Source: a candidate division WOR-3 bacterium (GTDB taxonomy: Bacteria; Hydrothermota; Tepidihabitantia; Tepidihabitantales; Tepidihabitantaceae). From it: a DNA stretch of 15,457 nt. Under the pieces are notes generated by a model. That model was not told where the DNA came from. It searched no databases and worked only from the letters and a program-made list of their open reading frames with translations. The translations under genes were made by a program, and so were the position numbers. This document shows positions 13,994 to 15,457 of this stretch, piece by piece. The stretch lies in contig CBFGIT010000049.1 of NCBI GenBank assembly GCA_965648905.1, positions 1 through 15,457 of the forward strand. Direction: 5' to 3'. Within the stretch, counting starts at the first letter, position 1; each line of letters begins with the position of its first letter.

Positions 13994-15457
13994 GTGAACG
14001 CCCCTGGATTCCGATTGATGCTCCTGGCCTGCTTCCTGCTGGCGGGCGGGGTGGGCCTCGGCCAACCTTACGTTGAGGACAGTGTCTGGGTCGGGCCGGG
14101 CGGGGTGAACAGCATGACCTACAGCGACGTGGCCAACTGCGAAGCGGTCTATGGCTGTCTGGAGCAGGCCGGCGGCGTCATCGGGATATACGTCATGGAC
14201 AACAACTACTTCCTGGCAGCCTGCGTGCCCGCACCCTGCGACATTACGTTCAACCCGATTCACGACAAGGTCTATGCCACCTTTGCCTGGGATTCGGTGT
14301 TGGTGATTTCGGCTTGGAACGGCGTGCCTATCCGGAGGCTGCACGCCCCCGGCGCAACCAACATCATCTGGGACCCGGACGCGGACCGCATCTACGTGTC
14401 GGGCGGGGACGATGAGGACGTGGTGACAGCGGTTGACTGCGTGACCGACTCGGTCGTAGCTCAGGTCCGGGTCAGTGCCTGCCCGATGAAGATGTCCCTA
14501 AACCGGACCCATCGCAAGCTCTACGTCCAGAACTACGACAGCGACGATGTGGCCGTCATTGACTTGAACACCTTCCAAGTGATTCGCAGGATTTCGACCG
14601 GCTTCCCGCCGCTTTCCGGGGCCTTTTGCGAGGCCGTCGGGAAGTACTATAGCGGGGCTGGCCGGGACCTCTGGGTCATTGACGGTGCCGGCGACACCGT
14701 GATAGCGCGGCTGCCACTTGCCGATGGTACGTGGGCCAGTGCGATGGTGGCCAACGAGAGTCTGGGACTGCTGTTCGTTGCTGTGTACGGCGATGTCCCT
14801 CGGGGAAACGCGGTGTATGTCGTCGATGTCCCGTCAGATTCACTCTTGCGAATCCTGCCGGTTGGCAGGGGGCCAAGGGCTCTACTGCGCAGTACGGCTT
14901 CCTCAAATGTGTACTGCGCCAATCACTCAGACGATGTGAGCATGGTAGCTGCGGACGGTTCCAGCGTTGTGACTACGATTCGAGCCTCGGACGGACCGTT
15001 CTGCCTCGCTTTTTCACCCCAGTACGACCGGGTGTACGTCGGACATCTCGCCAGCCGGTACATCTACGTAGTTCGCGACACGGCGAGCGGTATGGCAGAG
15101 CGCCAAGAGCTCCCAAAGCGCGCTGGGCAAGGGCTGACGGTACAGCCCAGTCCATTCGCAGACCGGCTGTTCATTGGTTCTCCGGCCGGGTTCGGCGCAG
15201 ATGACAAGATTGACGTTTTCTCGATTGACGGTATGCAAATGAGGCGACTGGCAGGTGGCGATGCTCGCGGTTTGGTCTGGGACGGGCGGGACGAATCCGG
15301 CGGCGTCGTGCCGCTGCATGTCTACGCGCCGAGCGGGACGATCGTGCGCACGCTGGCGGGCAGGGGCGTTTGGCATTGGGATGGTCGGGATGACCAAGGC
15401 CGTCCGGTTCCGGCTGGGGCGTACGTGTTGCGTATCGCCGGGTCGGCCGGTTCCACC
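13994..15457 (+). CDS. secreted YncE-family beta-propeller protein with FlgD-Ig-like C-terminal domain (runs off window)
   Basis: Absent from the ORF track because it has no stop in the window. Open for 488 codons from GTG 13994: MNAPGFRLMLLACFLLAGGVGLGQPYVEDSV...FNPIHDKVY...DCVTDSVVAQV...HRKLYVQN...DRVYVG...VRD...QPSPF...WDGRDESG...WDGRDDQGRPVPAGAYVLR. Confidence 0.88.
   Translation, partial: MNAPGFRLMLLACFLLAGGVGLGQPYVEDSVWVGPGGVNSMTYSDVANCEAVYGCLEQAGGVIGIYVMDNNYFLAACVPAPCDITFNPIHDKVYATFAWDSVLVISAWNGVPIRRLHAPGATNIIWDPDADRIYVSGGDDEDVVTAVDCVTDSVVAQVRVSACPMKMSLNRTHRKLYVQNYDSDDVAVIDLNTFQVIRRISTGFPPLSGAFCEAVGKYYSGAGRDLWVIDGAGDTVIARLPLADGTWASAMVANESLGLLFVAVYGDVPRGNAVYVVDVPSDSLLRILPVGRGPRALLRSTASSNVYCANHSDDVSMVAADGSSVVTTIRASDGPFCLAFSPQYDRVYVGHLASRYIYVVRDTASGMAERQELPKRAGQGLTVQPSPFADRLFIGSPAGFGADDKIDVFSIDGMQMRRLAGGDARGLVWDGRDESGGVVPLHVYAPSGTIVRTLAGRGVWHWDGRDDQGRPVPAGAYVLRIAGSAGST

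Overview
GC-rich bacterial DNA. The secreted YncE/LVIVD beta-propeller proteins with a 'T(M/V)VRGVL...GR(K/R)V.EL..GPNDV..' C-terminal domain resemble those of candidate division WOR-3 (inference). The left part (1-5.8 kb) is a defence hotspot. A type III R-M locus appears hollowed out: only the N- and C-terminal stubs of mod remain, around an intact N4/N6 methyltransferase plus NotI-family endonuclease pair. These are followed by a frameshifted TM-propeller-TPR-PDZ gene, a res pseudogene (two Trp-to-stop changes, truncated at a hairpin repeat plus a 22x7-bp array) and a DUF433/DUF5615 PIN toxin-antitoxin pair. The region from 5.9 to 6.7 kb is apparently non-coding and highly structured: two convergent, degenerate 12-bp-period arrays point at an AT-rich core of palindromes. 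The right part holds a TonB-dependent receptor divergent from a run of secreted beta-propeller genes (LVIVD, YncE, a YncE pseudogene/mosaic, and a YncE running off the window). Six sigma70-like promoters all have a 16-bp spacer.
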